Shown here one piece after another: positions 1 through 12,425 of a DNA stretch of 64,000 nt (its first letter is position 1; each line of letters opens with the position of its first letter). The notes beneath the pieces are model-generated. The model was given only the letters and a program-made list of their open reading frames with translations, did not search any database and was not told the origin of the DNA. The stretch is from Anthoceros angustus. Taxonomy: Eukaryota; Plantae; Anthocerotophyta. The position numbers and the translations under genes were made by a program. Location of the stretch: NCBI GenBank assembly GCA_010909165.1, contig VJWM01000044.1, forward strand, positions 62,001 to 126,000, in the 5' to 3' direction.

Positions 1-2484
1 TGCGTTGGGGGACGAAAACTGGTGCGCGTGTGTGAACGCCGGACTGGAACCGGTTCCGTGGTAGCGGCAAAGAAGCCGCATGTCATTTGACCGGTTGACG
101 CGCCGCGGATGCCATCCGGCCGGTAAAGGCAAGCTCATCTTGGGCGACACGTTGGCCGAGCATGATGAGTCGAGTTGGCGCTCGGCCTTTCCCTTTCGAT
201 AGGGCAAGGTGGGAAAGTTGCGTAAAGGGAAACCTTATCCTCCCTTGCTGCTTGATGTGGACGCTCGGTCTGGAGTTTCTTTGAACGGAACGGGAACGGT
301 GACGGGGTCGGCCGGTCTGGCGTCTGGCATCCTCCATCCTTGTCTCTTCGTACTTTACGCGACCAAAGACTTTCCTTCCTGTACTGCCAAAACAGCTTGA
401 CGCGACCTCATACCAGAACATATCAGGCGGTGACAGGTAACCCGTAACAGATTTTTCCAAGTGTGCCTACCTTCCTAAAATAGAATTACTCCTTTAGATA
501 ATGATCCAAGAAAATAATGTGGGCAGTGTGACGTCGTTTCTTGCATGCTTTTGTAGGTATATATAATATTTTTTTATTGATTTAGACCTGGATACCTACC
601 ACATAATGGTTGACATCTTTATAAAAAGACTGCTCTATTTTCGAAAAATCATACTTTTTCAGACAGACTCTTAGTGGACTCTCCGCACTTGGGGGAAGGA
701 ATACCACGTTTCAAGCTATTTTTGTACATATTTTATATTATTTATATCTATATTTTAATAATTGACTTTTAATAAAATTTAATTGTGAAGAATCTTTTAA
801 AATAAAATAAATTAGAAAGAAAAATTTCAAGTTCACCAATCCAAAGTTGATGTAGACCACAAGCATGTGTACTGTCAATACTAGTCTACTTATGAGGCAG
901 ATTTTTTAGTGGCATGCATTAACTTCCCATCTATGAAATAAACGGAAAGCTGATCTAATCGATTGAAAAGTTACCACACTCTCAGATTTCCCAAATATGT
1001 CAGGCTTCTTTGAGTTCCAAATCCGCTACTGCTAAATTATTGTTCCCCTTTTCGTACTCTCACTCCGAAGCCTTATCCTCTCTCTCCCCCTCATGTCTTG
1101 AGTCCATGGTGGGCTTAGTTGTGGTGCTTGATTTTGAACTTGCTCGTTCGCGATAGAAAATAAATCACATGTAAGTGTGCGTATACATACACCTTTAAAG
1201 ATAGAGCAGAATCAAATAGTTGAGAAAAACTATATCAAGCACGGGTAGGTAAAGAGAGTGGGTTCTTGAGTGTGAACATTAGACCTGGAATTTCACAATC
1301 GGGCCACCAGTGAGTCCATTCCATCATCCGTACTACTACAAGAAGCGTGAACTTTAAATTTGTTCCTTCAGTTTTCTTGCTAATATAGTAACAATAGTGT
1401 TTATCAAGTGATAAATCTATGGTGGAGACTAACTGGTATCAAGTAAGAATAGTAAAAGCAAGCTCAAAATGTAGATAAGCTGGAATAACCTTTGTCCAAT
1501 GACCTGCTATTCAGCCTAGAAGTAGCATAAATAGTGAATAAAATAAGTCTTCTTTATTGACTTTATACTATCATTGTAATTAGTTATGAATGATCTCCAA
1601 AAGTTTTAAACTTCATGTAACATGTTAGGTTCAGGTTATGTAATTTGGGGTTGATTATGTACCATACATTAGCTATTCAGCCTAGAAGTAGCATAAATAG
1701 TTCATGGTTCCAACCTCAATAAAGTTAGAAAAAAAAAGTGAAAGAAATATTTCGTTTCACCTTTGTCATGGATATAGGAATGCACTTGCAAATTTTGTGG
1801 AGAAGAGTGAGGATATTAATTGAGTGAATATCTTGTAATAAAGTCAGATGTACATATGTACATCTGACAATATTAAACTTTATTATAATATAAAATACAT
1901 TAAAATACGTTGGCTGGACATTCTAGAAGAATTACGAGTAGAAATGTATTTGCAAGGAGCCTATATATAAAGGCCAAGTTAGCCTGGAGATAATAATGGC
2001 GGTCACGTGCGAAACAGGGTGGGAGCCAACTGGTACAAGAAACAAGAACCATCTGATACCATTCAACATCGTTTCGTGGGGCCTGCGGGACTTGGGTCAA
2101 GCGCAAGGCGCCGTGGCAGCGGCTGCCCGCTCCTGTTACTCCTTCCCTCGTGTCAGCCATAGCTGCACGCCCGCGCATGGGGGCGGCCTGTGGGCTCGCA
2201 GCTCGCATTCCAACGTCACACTCGACCTCACATTTGCTCCACGGAAGCACCACTGGTCCATGGAAATATCGTTCTCCCTGCCAAACCCACTCCAATTCTC
2301 CACAGACATTCCTTGACAGGCACGGTAATCAACCCTTCTGTCGCAATCAGCGACCTACCACACCATTGCTGCACATGCTTTTGAAATTGGGCTGTACTGC
2401 TCAGACTGTACAACATGATGCCATTGCTAAAACACTGCTTGCACATCTTCACACGAGGACCCAGCTTGGTTGGACGACCCCATG

Positions 2485-5400
2485 TCATTGCCAGGACGGG
2501 AGTGGGCTACCTCTGTGGAAGGAATCATCTGCAGAGAACTGCAATATTGTCCGCTGCCTTTTGTTCGCACAGTCCAGGTATTCCGCGATGGGTGGGAGAC
2601 CCGAGCTCTCCGCAACACCCCTGATGAGCTGCAGCAGACATGCCAAATATAGGCTTTACATAGGCTGGTCCTACCACTTTGCAGCTCGTACACCAAACAA
2701 AACAGCTCTTTGACCGAGCACTGCTGTACCTTCGATGCCCATCGACGTTCGGCCTGCTGACATACGTCATGGAGATCACGGCCTGACATACTGTATGGCC
2801 ACAGAAACAGTGTCAGACGCAAATACGTACGGATCGGAGATTACAGATCGGAGGGAACGGAGATTGGATGAGGTTCGTACCCCTCGCTTGCTGCAGCCAA
2901 CGACGCTAGCTCTGAAGGGGTCAGATGTCGCGCATACTGCGAGGCAATCTCCCCTCTGGTTGCTTGGTCTGGAAGGTTGAATGTTATCGCTGAATCAAAC
3001 CGGCTGCCCAAAGCACGAAATAAGATGAGCACCAAGAGCCCATGAAAAAACAATGTGCTGAGGAACGAGCTGCTTAAGGACGAACCTCAACAGAGCAGAA
3101 TCCAGGTCCTGTTTCCGGTTAGTGGCAGCAATAACTACTATCCTTGAGCTTTGTTCAAACCCATCCATCTGCAAAGCCAGAGAAGAGCCTTAGGAACAAA
3201 CGGGATTCAGAAGCCTTGTCAATCAGAAACTCCACTGTTGCCAGCATCACCTGCCGGAGGAGGACGGATAGCATTCGTCTAGTTGCTTCGTGCATCTCAT
3301 TGTCACGAGCTGTTGCCAGTGAGTCAATCTGCCAGAAACACAAAAAAAGGATGAGGGCCTTACACTGCAAAGCACATTCAGCTCTTGCAGGCTTGAAAAT
3401 ACAGCCTTCAAACTACCGCCGCATATGCAAAAAAACCGGCCAAACATAATGGGCATATCCGAAACCTTCTCAAACACGTAAGATAGATTCAAGAACCAAA
3501 GTAGAAACGAGAAAACCGCTATCCCACAAGAAATCCTAAAACCTCTCCTTACTTCATCAAGAAACACAATTGCTCCATCAGGCAGTTCGTTGCCCGCTGA
3601 GAAAATTGAAGCCAATGACCTCTCGCTCTCTCCATAGTACTTGGAAACAAGGGCCTCCACTGGCACATACAGCAGCGGAACTTTCTGCAGGAACCATCAA
3701 CACATAGTGAACAAGGACACCAAGCCTGCACATAGTGAAGGCACAGAGTGATGGAGTAAGTGGTAGGAAGCATACCGCTTGACTAGCTATGACCCTGGCA
3801 CATGAGGTCTTACCGGTTCCTGTGATTTGAACAAAGAAAATCCATGTTATGACCTTATTCACAAAGATCTGCCGACTCACAAATTACATCCTCTTGCCCT
3901 CTACCCGCTAAAATTGCTGCTTCACGACCTGAATACTCCAAGAAGCCATGTGAGCCCAATCACACTTTAAAGCATCGATATTTGTCTTTGGGCATTCATC
4001 GTATGCAGTCGCAGGCAACTATTTCTAAAGTGTAACTGCAGGGTCAACACTTTTTTATAAGACCCAATACTCCCACTTAGTGAGACTGTATCGTAGGAGC
4101 AATTAAGAAACAGCCTGGACCATGAAAAATCCAAGTACAAAAGTAGCATTACTCTTCACTCAGAATAAATGCAGCATGTGCTAGCCAGTCTGTACCATTT
4201 GCGAATGCCTCAACTATTTTAAGTGACCATGCAAATATTACCACACGCAGTAATTGCTACATCAGATATTCTCTGTCCATGCTTCTCTCATAAAAAAAGA
4301 GACACCTTGCAGACAACCATTACTCTTGCAAACATAATAGATCCTTTAAACTGCATGGTCTGAAACAAGTTACTCACTCTACATAGCACATCCTGTCCAT
4401 TGACAGCTTGACCAAGCAACCAGGATCATGCAACATATTCGACTCTTGTAACAGAAGGAATGTGCATATCATCAAGAAATGAAGAACCACCATACCTGGA
4501 GGTCCTTCAAAAAGAATTGCCCGGGGTCGATTGGACTCAAACTTTCGACGTGTTCCATGGGCAATTTTGTCATAGACTTCTGGCCGTTGCAAAGCAAGCA
4601 GCACAGTATCCTCTATTTCCCTGCAAATTTCAGATGGTCCAGGTTAACAAATGATTTGACTCTGGTGTATTTAGATTGCTCAAACAAGGACCGCAAACCT
4701 TGCAGGCATACGAAAGATATTCCAACATTTTCATTCTGACAAGGGCTTCTGACCAAGAAAAGCAGACTCAGCACCACAGCCTTTGGCTGAGAAGGTCCAT
4801 AGGGAGCTCAGAACTATACACTAATACAACTATCATGGTAGCAAAGCCCCTCCAAATCATCACCCATACCTCACCCACAATTCTGCCTCTGAGTTTCGAG
4901 TTTGACCTAGAAGCATGCAATTTATCTCACACAGGACATACATGCAGCACTGTCTCACAAACATAAAGGGTCGGCAATCACCATGCATTTCCGTAGAACC
5001 CGATAGATAAAGAGCTGTTTTGTTATGTAGGATGCAAGGATGGATGAAAAGCACACACCTTTTTTGCTCATGATATCCTGCAATGCTGTCCCAATTTATG
5101 GTCTCAGTATTTGACTTAGGTCCATCAATGGTCTCCAGCCCATAGACTTTAACCCCCATGCGCTCTAAAGACTCCAGCGTCTTCAAGTAGCTTCGTCCAG
5201 CTGGTCGTCTTTGACCAGATGGAAGCCTGTTCCCCGGCATGTCACCAAGGCTCCCACCACTACTGTATCTCCATCTGTCTCCTGGCCACTTGGCATCTAC
5301 TGACCAGTTGTTATCCCCAAAACTTGGTGCTTCCGTTAAACCTTCTGGATAGCCCTCTCTTCCAGTTCTTGTCGGCGCTGGGGTTATTACATTATCCACT

Positions 5401-6977
5401 GAATTATCTGCTCGGCTAGCAGCCTTCAACACGCTTGCAACAGCATCTAGCTCTTTGGCGGAGAAGTAGCCAAATTTTGAAAACTCTATTTCCTACCAGA
5501 AGAGACAGGCAGAGTTATGTTCATAGATCACGTTTTCAGCATGAACACTTATCACATTTTCTCATTCGACATTTGTCATAGCTCGAACAAGATATCACAA
5601 GGTACCAGGCTTGCAATGGGTTCGACAACTTACCGGTAGTTTATCACCCACAAGGGGCTCAAACACAGAGACACTGAAACGGTTCATAAAATCACCACTT
5701 CCATCTTCTTGAGATGTCTGCCCTGCATTCTGCCCTGATTTGGACTGTTCCGCAGTGGAAATGATCACATGGCGGAGGACAGGACTGCAATACCATGCAT
5801 GACAAGAGTTAGTAAGGCATCATAAGAGTAAAAAATCATCTTCTACAGAATACGGGCATTGGTACCTGTCCCAAGCTCGAACAACCATACCGGAGACTGT
5901 GTCACTTCCTCCAGCACTATCTTTCCCTCCAAGCTGACCGATCACATGCTCAATTATTTTGGACATGTCGCAAGTTGGTCGGCAAGAAAACCGGACAGCA
6001 ACCTGTTGGCGTAGCACTACCAGGAAGCATGTTAAGTGTCGTTTAGCAACAGGTGGTGGCCCTTGGCGAAAACGAACGCCGACTTCAGCTGGCTGCAGCC
6101 TGGTGAAACCATTCTCCATAACATTAGATTACCTGATGTCCATTGGCAGCAATCGTAAGCTTCGGAATTTGTGACCCTTGCTCCTTACAAGACTGCAGCC
6201 TTTCTTCTATTCCTCTCCGCACATACAGAACCACTCCTTCAGTGTCAAGTTTTGCATCTTTTGGTACAGATCCAGGCTCAGGTCCTGGAAATCCTGCACT
6301 GTCATTCTAAACAACCAGAAAAACTTTAAGCATAGGAACCTTCGCCACAACCGAATCAAATCAGATTGACCAAAAAACACAGCTCTAACAAACCATATCA
6401 TCACTAATTTGCTGAACCAGCATCAGTTGAGTGACAAACGCTTACACGCTCGCTTTCACTCGACGCGGCTTCCTGCAGTGATAATGCTCCAAGAAGCAAA
6501 CCAACTCCAGCAGCAAGGTACGAGCTTGCGATACGACTGCTTGTGTGACTCCCAGCGGGGTGCGCGCCTGAGAAGAAAAGTCGGTGAAGATGATTGAACC
6601 CTGCCATGCTCACGAACGTCAATGATAGCCTCGTGAGATTTTCATTTTCCCAGGGTCTCCTCCAGACACAACTCTAGAGAACTTTGCAGAGACAAGCAGA
6701 GACCTACTGCACCATACAAGAGACGCCAAGGACTGACTCATCGACCCACCTGATGTACTAGGAGCACCGGGGTTAGTGGAAATCACTTGCCATCAAATTC
6801 TGCGTGCAAAGGACCATGAGAGGAAGCAGACATACAAGAGATGGATTCCCCGCAGCCCTCAGAGCTGGTATGATATATTCGGCTCACCGCACCGCGAATT
6901 GAATGTGGGTGGCCCGAAATGGGATCAATCGCAGCGGCACTCCGCAAGCATCTACGAAATGCTCTGCTCGACAGCAT
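2485..6977 (-). CDS. AAA+ ATPase with a single AAA domain and putative mitochondrial transit peptide (At4g04180-like), ~13 exons
   Basis: Exon translations: MLSSRAFRRCLRS (transit-like); WDSIAGYHEQKR; LALQRPEVYDKIAHGTRRKFESNRPRAILFEGPPG|TGKTSCARVIASQA (Walker A split by an intron); GAIVFLDE (Walker B); IDSLATARDNEMHEATRRMLSVLLRQ; SRFDSAITFNLPD; MSGRDLHDVCQQAERRWASK. Last exon 2628-2485 reads LIRGVAESSGLPPIAEYLDCANKRQ...SWQ*. The junctions checked are GT-AG. Confidence 0.92.
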
Positions 6978-7180
6978 GGTAGCTCCGCTCAGGCCTCTGC
7001 CGAAGCTCAGATTAACCGTAGGCGCGATGTCGGAGAAAAGGAGGAGAAGAACAGTGTCCTACAATTTTCCTTGGACAAAATCAGAGACGGAGGGATGAGG
7101 CTACCTTAGGGTTTCGCCGTGTTGCACCGCTTCATTTTTGTACAGGAGAGAAATTCAGTTCTCACCGGGAGAGGGAGGCC
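6978..7180. promoter_or_regulatory. Compact bidirectional promoter between the AAA ATPase and ferredoxin, with a telo-box (TAGGGTTT, 7107-7114)
   Basis: Divergent ATGs only ~200 bp apart; TAGGGTTT is the reverse complement of the plant telo-box AAACCCTA. Confidence 0.6.
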
Positions 7181-7645
7181 ATGGCAGCCACGACACTGCC
7201 TGCTGCCTGCACAGCAACAACCGTGAGCTGTGCCAGTGTCACAGGAACCCGTCTGGGGCGTTTTTGTGGAGCTGCTGGGAGGCGGCGATGGGCAGCTGGG
7301 AGCATGGCAGTGTCAAGTCCTTTCCGGGAGCATCCAGCCGGGAGGACGTGCCTGGCGTGCTACAAGGTGACACTGGTGACGCCCCGCGGGGAGCAACTGG
7401 TGCAGGTGAAGGAGGGCGAGTACATTTTGGATGCGGCTGAGAGAGCGGGCCTGGAGGTGCCTTCGTCTTGCAGGAGCGGGGGCTGCTCCTCCTGCGCGGG
7501 GAGACTGACGTCCGGGGAGGTGGACCAGAGCGAGCAGACGTTCTTGGACGAGAACCAGATCCGGTTGGGCTATGTCCTGACGTGCGTGGCCTGCGCGCTG
7601 TCGGATGCGGTGATCAAGACGCATCAGGAGGAGCAGTTGTACTAA
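7181..7645 (+). CDS. Plant-type [2Fe-2S] ferredoxin precursor with plastid transit peptide, intronless
   Basis: 154 aa. Ala/Ser/Thr/Arg-rich N-terminus, then YKVTLVTP...[12 protein letters not shown]-x4-C-x2-C ([12 protein letters not shown]), [25 protein letters not shown]. Confidence 0.96.
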   Translation: MAATTLPAACTATTVSCASVTGTRLGRFCGAAGRRRWAAGSMAVSSPFREHPAGRTCLACYKVTLVTPRGEQLVQVKEGEYILDAAERAGLEVPSSCRSGGCSSCAGRLTSGEVDQSEQTFLDENQIRLGYVLTCVACALSDAVIKTHQEEQLY

Positions 7646-8348
7646 GTGTTGGAATTCCCAGACATTCCGTGTGATGGTTGCGTCAGCTGGAGTTTTGGAA
7701 GCCCGAGATGCAGCCCAGATTGTGTGGGACTGCTGCTTGCCGACACCATCGCAAGGTCACCGAGGTGGGATCACGTGACTGCCATAGCCTTCAGTCCTTG
7801 TGTAGCAAAGGTGATGTGCTCACACTGTTTGCCGATCTGGGGCACTTAATTCCCGGGGGTGTCCATGTGAATGGAGGTGTCTGAGTGAAAGAATCTTGGA
7901 ATCTCTGGCTGCATCTGTCAACGGTTTTGGCTCCATTCGAAGTCTTATTCTCTGCCTGGGGATGCATGTAGGCTTGACATATCTGGACTTATGTTGGTGA
8001 AGATACTTGCCTGTTGGTTGCCTGCTTCTTATGGTTAGAGGTATGCAGTGTGTATTGAATCGAGGCTGTCGTTTTGTCCTTGCAGGACCTGACGGACCAT
8101 CCTGTTTTACTGGACGCTAGACAATCGTCTTGAGTGATTGGGGAGGGTGTTTCTATAAGCGTTGTTTCTTAGGCACTCCACCTAGGCCTTGCTTTACCGT
8201 CGGAATAAAGATGGGGAGATTTGTGGATTTTGGGCTCCCAAGGGCAGACATACAGGAATCTCCGGTGCAGAATTGTTTCTGAATATCGAAAGAGAGAGAG
8301 AGAGCAGTGGTATGGATGACGAAGGTTATTGCATGAGCAACGAGGGTT

Positions 8349-8858
8349 TCAGTTTGCAGCTGTATCTGGCTCCTGGTAAACCAGTCTTGCATAGCGTACG
8401 GGCGGCACTATCTTGAGGCCCACGAAAAATTCCAAGGGTTGTGGCCAAGGGAAGAACTCCGAGCCGTAGCACAACAAGCCCTCCGGGGTTGCCAAAACAC
8501 AGTTTTCCGGGCACACCTTGTCGATGGCCATGTCGTGCCACGTTCTAGAAGACGGGTCATAGGCCGATGACAGCCTGTTGGTTGCACCGATCACAAGCCA
8601 AGGCCGTTGCGCGGCGGCCTCTGCAATGAGCCTCACAAACTCCCTGGAGAAGATGACCTTATTCCATCGTTTGCAGACGCTGCGCAGCCGAAACAGGTTG
8701 TGTATAGACAGGCATGCGATCACTCTGTCCAAAAGGTCCGCTGGGAGGTCTCCCCAAACCAGAGGATCCATGGCTGTTACATTTGCAACTTCAGTGCTGG
8801 TCACCCGGTTATGTTGAAGGGGATAGTTCGTCACAGCCGCTTCATCAGCTGAAGCCAT
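8349..8858 (-). pseudogene. F-box (kelch-associated type) gene, C-terminally truncated or degenerate
   Basis: Clear F-box: VWGDLPADLLDRVIACLSIHNLFRLRSVCKRWNKVI, then AYDPSSRTWH and ATPEGLLCY. The ORF stops after ~170 aa; out-of-frame kelch-like remnants (PYH..SFDIQKQ) follow near 8270-8330. Confidence 0.7.
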
Positions 8859-10235
8859 GACGAGTCCGCCCCCATGTGAACAACGATGCAAAGACAGCAA
8901 ATGTCCACCCTAATCTCCCGGGGGAGTAAGCGTGTTTTAGGGACCGTGGTGGATGCCGTTTCAGCATCTGAACCCCTGTCCCTTCCACTGCGATGCTGCC
9001 CAGCTTCGCTTCAAGATTCTAATCCAATTTTCATCTTCTCGTGGAGAAGAGTCTTCATTCAAGACTAGCTAGTCAAGAAGCACATGTAAGCAATGCCTAT
9101 ACAGCCAACGACATTTCATAAAAACAGGCCTTTATTCATGAGAGAACTCCTTCCAACCCTTCTCCACCTGGCCACACAGAGGGCAGCTCAAGGTGGGAGG
9201 TTGCAAAGCCTTGCTCAGAAGCAAGGCATTCAACATCGAAGGACCAATGATTTGTTCAACACTTCAACACTCCCGGAAGGTCATGTAAACCTTCACGATT
9301 GTGCGAGGTCGCAAAATTCATGAGCAAAAAGGAAAGTAATCCTACGCATCTTCTATTCCTCCTCAGGAATATCCCAGTGGCATGCGCACTCAAGAAACCC
9401 AAGACCAAACCGTCTAAAGTATAGTGCCACTGCTCCTGCCCAAAGTCAACACAAAGCTCTCTCCTGAGACTCACTGCTTCCATGAAAGACGACACCTGCA
9501 ACATTTGCTTCCAGCCTCCCTTGAGGCCTGCCCTTCCCTCAGCCCCCTCTCAAGGTCTCTCAAAATCAAAACGGAAGGGCCCACTCAAGGATTTCAAAAA
9601 AGAAAGAATTGGATTCAAGAGTCTGGTACAAGATGATCAGGGTTTAAACAAGTGTCTGCAGGATGGGAAAGCAGGTCTCGGAGTCAATGTGCAACTCAGC
9701 CTCTGAAGGAGCTTCACGAAGGCAAATTCACTGCGGTAACCTCCAAGAGAGGGCACCGCAAGTGGCTCAACTCATCAGCACCGGCCGTCCACATAATAAT
9801 GCTCAGAGCATCAAATCCTCGAACTCTGCAGATGTGTCCGTCCCTGAAATCTGCCACAGCTCAGATGCGAGGTTGCGATGGCCGAATTCGGCCACCTACC
9901 TTCGGAAGATGCTTATTGGGAAAAAATCTAGCAAAAAATGGGAGGACCTCAGGGATTGAACATCAGCCACTACAAAGGTTAGCGGAAGATGACTGGAATG
10001 AAGCTGACAGAGATTGGGGCAGAGATTGGTGAGATAAATAGATGTGGAGGGAAAGCTAACACAATCGAGATGATTGATCTGGAAGCCCACCCCCTGAACC
10101 ACTCTGAAGCCAACAACTACCTTCAGACTCACCAGGACACTCCTTATTTCCCACGTAGAGACCCGACCCGACGCGACGCGCTATGGTACAAGAGGCCAAG
10201 GATATCTCGACCTCACTCCCCCTCCTCTAAACCCT

Positions 10236-12103
10236 TCAGAGGTTGAGCACACCAGATCTGGCAGTCAGAGCTGGTGTGAAGAACTGGGCAACCCCAGCAG
10301 CTGCGGATTTGAGTCCGCTGTCGTAGCCACCTGACTGTGCAAAGTAAGCGCCGTTGAGGAAGAGATCGTTGTCCGAATGCCAGCTCCAGTTGTTCCCGCC
10401 GCCAACCTCACGCTTGGTCACCTGCCAGATCGATTGAGGAGCATTAGAGTTATGAAGTCACGCCAAGAAGCACACAAACAGGAGGACTGAAATCTGTGGC
10501 TCACCTGCTTAGCTCCACCGGCCACAAAGTGGTTGCCTTCGCTGAGAATGGTCGGATCTGCGCTTCCTCCAATTGCGTAGATGCCCCAACCATCGGGATA
10601 ATCGTTGTTGATGACGTGGAACTCGCCATGGCGGCAACGGGGCATCCTCTGCACCAGGTTGGGTCCGAAGGTGTTGTATGCAATGGTGACCTTCAAGATC
10701 TTGTCCGCGGTGAAAGCATCGCTGTGACCCAGAAGCATCACCTGCGAGGAGGAAGGCCCAGGCCAATTAAACATTGCGGAGAGGCCACGAGAAGGGAGCA
10801 AGCAAAAGCTTAAGCAAGAGCAAACACAAACACAAACCTTGTCGTGATCGGAGAAGTAGTTGTTGGAGATGGTGATAGCAGTGGAAGCGTGAATGACATC
10901 AATGAGACCGTCAGTGGCGTGCCTCAAAGTGCAGTGATCAATCCAAATGTGAGAACTTCCGAAGACACTGATAGCATCCCCATCAGAGCCACCTCGGTAG
11001 CCGGTGTGAGTGGTGGAGCTGATGACATTCCCGCTGTGGCCCGGAGCGCAGTTCTGAAAGGTGATGGACTCCACGATCACATGCGACACAAACTGGATGG
11101 TAAAGCAGGGCGCTCCGTTCCCCACAGTCACCTTCCTCCCGCGGCCGTCGATGGTCTTGTACCCCTGGATGATGAGCTCGTTGTCGAGCTTATAGTCGAA
11201 GTCCCCAGCGAAGATGATCCACAGCGGCTGAGGCTGGATGACGCCGTACCTGAGCGTCCCGGGGGCTGGGTTCACAGCGTCGTCCCCGCCGTCTGTGACC
11301 ACGTAGTAGGCACCGCCCTTCCCTCCCGCAGCATCAGACCCGAATCCGATGGCGCAGTCCGCAAGCTTCTGTCTGTCGGCCGCCCAGTTGGGTCCCAGCC
11401 AGCAGTTGTCGATGGGATTGCCCCTCCCGCCATAGCTACCGCCCAGGGGAGTGGAGGGCACCGGGGGGATCTTGGGCACGGAGGGAGTGTGAGGCACCGG
11501 GACATGAGGCTTCTTCTTGGGCAACTTCTTCTTCAACACGGGGACCTTCTTCTTCAACACCGGGACCTTCTTCTTCAACGCAGGGACCTTCTTGCTGCTC
11601 TTCTTCTCCGCCTCCGAGCTCTTCTTCTTCTTCGTCTTGGTCGTCTTCTTCTTGGAGTCGTCGCCGCCGCCGCTGCTCTTGGTCTTCTTCTTCTTCTTCT
11701 TCTTGTCCGTGGTCTTCTTCTCGTACGGGCTCTTCTTCTCCGCGGGCTTCTTGGACTTCTTCTTCTTCTGCAGCCGCTCCAGCGTCAACAGCCTCCGCCA
11801 CACCCCGGAGGTCCTGCATTGCATCAGGCGGTGAGAACAAGAAGCAGCTCCCGGATCGCCCACAAAAACCCACAACCCACGCACCCCCTCCCAATTCCCT
11901 CACCTCACGTCCTCATCCTGGTCGGCGACCTGAGTCCCGCTCCCGGACGCGACCTCCAGCTCCTCCCCGACGACATCCGCCTCGAGGTCCCCGAGCTCCT
12001 GCAGGGCGACCGCCCCGGGCAGCGCCCCGAGGCGCAGGCAGGAGGCGAGCAGCGAGAGCAGCAGCAGCGACCAGAGGGCGGTGAAGCACTTGACGCGCGC
12101 CAT
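10236..12103 (-). CDS. Pectate lyase (PL1) with an N-terminal acidic pro-segment, Lys-rich domain and Pro-rich linker; 4 exons (12103-11904, 11813-~10838, ~10741-10504, ~10421-10236)
   Basis: Signal peptide MARVKCFTALWSLLLLSLLAS; plant PL1 motifs [101 protein letters not shown]. Confidence 0.95.
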
Positions 12104-12409
12104 GGCGGGAGGCGGGGAGCGCGGGGTCGCAGAGCGGCAGGGCGGGGGACCGGGGGGCGCCGAGGTCACAGGTGCAGCATTGCGGCAAGCAAGCAGAGCG
12201 CAGGGCCGGCGAGAAGAGAATGGGAGCGGTGGAAGGATCGGCGCGCTCTTGTACCCACTCGAGATTGCACGGATTCCAAGCACCGAGGCCGAGGCCGAGG
12301 CCGAGGCGAGTGAGCTCAGGAGATGCGAGAAGGAGACGTCTCCAGCTGGAGACGAGACGGACAGAGTCGGCTGTTGCTTGTTGCAAGCTTGAGGAAGTGG
12401 GCAGTTGGG

Positions 12410-12425
12410 CGGGGGCATATAAAGG
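12410..12425 (-). promoter_or_regulatory. Candidate TATA box of pectate lyase 1 within a GC-rich (CCCCGG repeat) promoter
   Basis: CTTTATATG on the minus strand ~315 bp upstream of the ATG, flanked by very GC-rich sequence. Confidence 0.4.

Noticed and set aside
1996-2980. Plus-strand ORFs of 60-187 aa
   Set aside because: Overlap the last exons and 3' UTR of the AAA ATPase in antisense; no motifs.
10844-12313. 489-aa plus-strand ORF
   Set aside because: Antisense shadow of the GC3-rich pectate lyase 1; its poly-Leu is the complement of AAG repeats.
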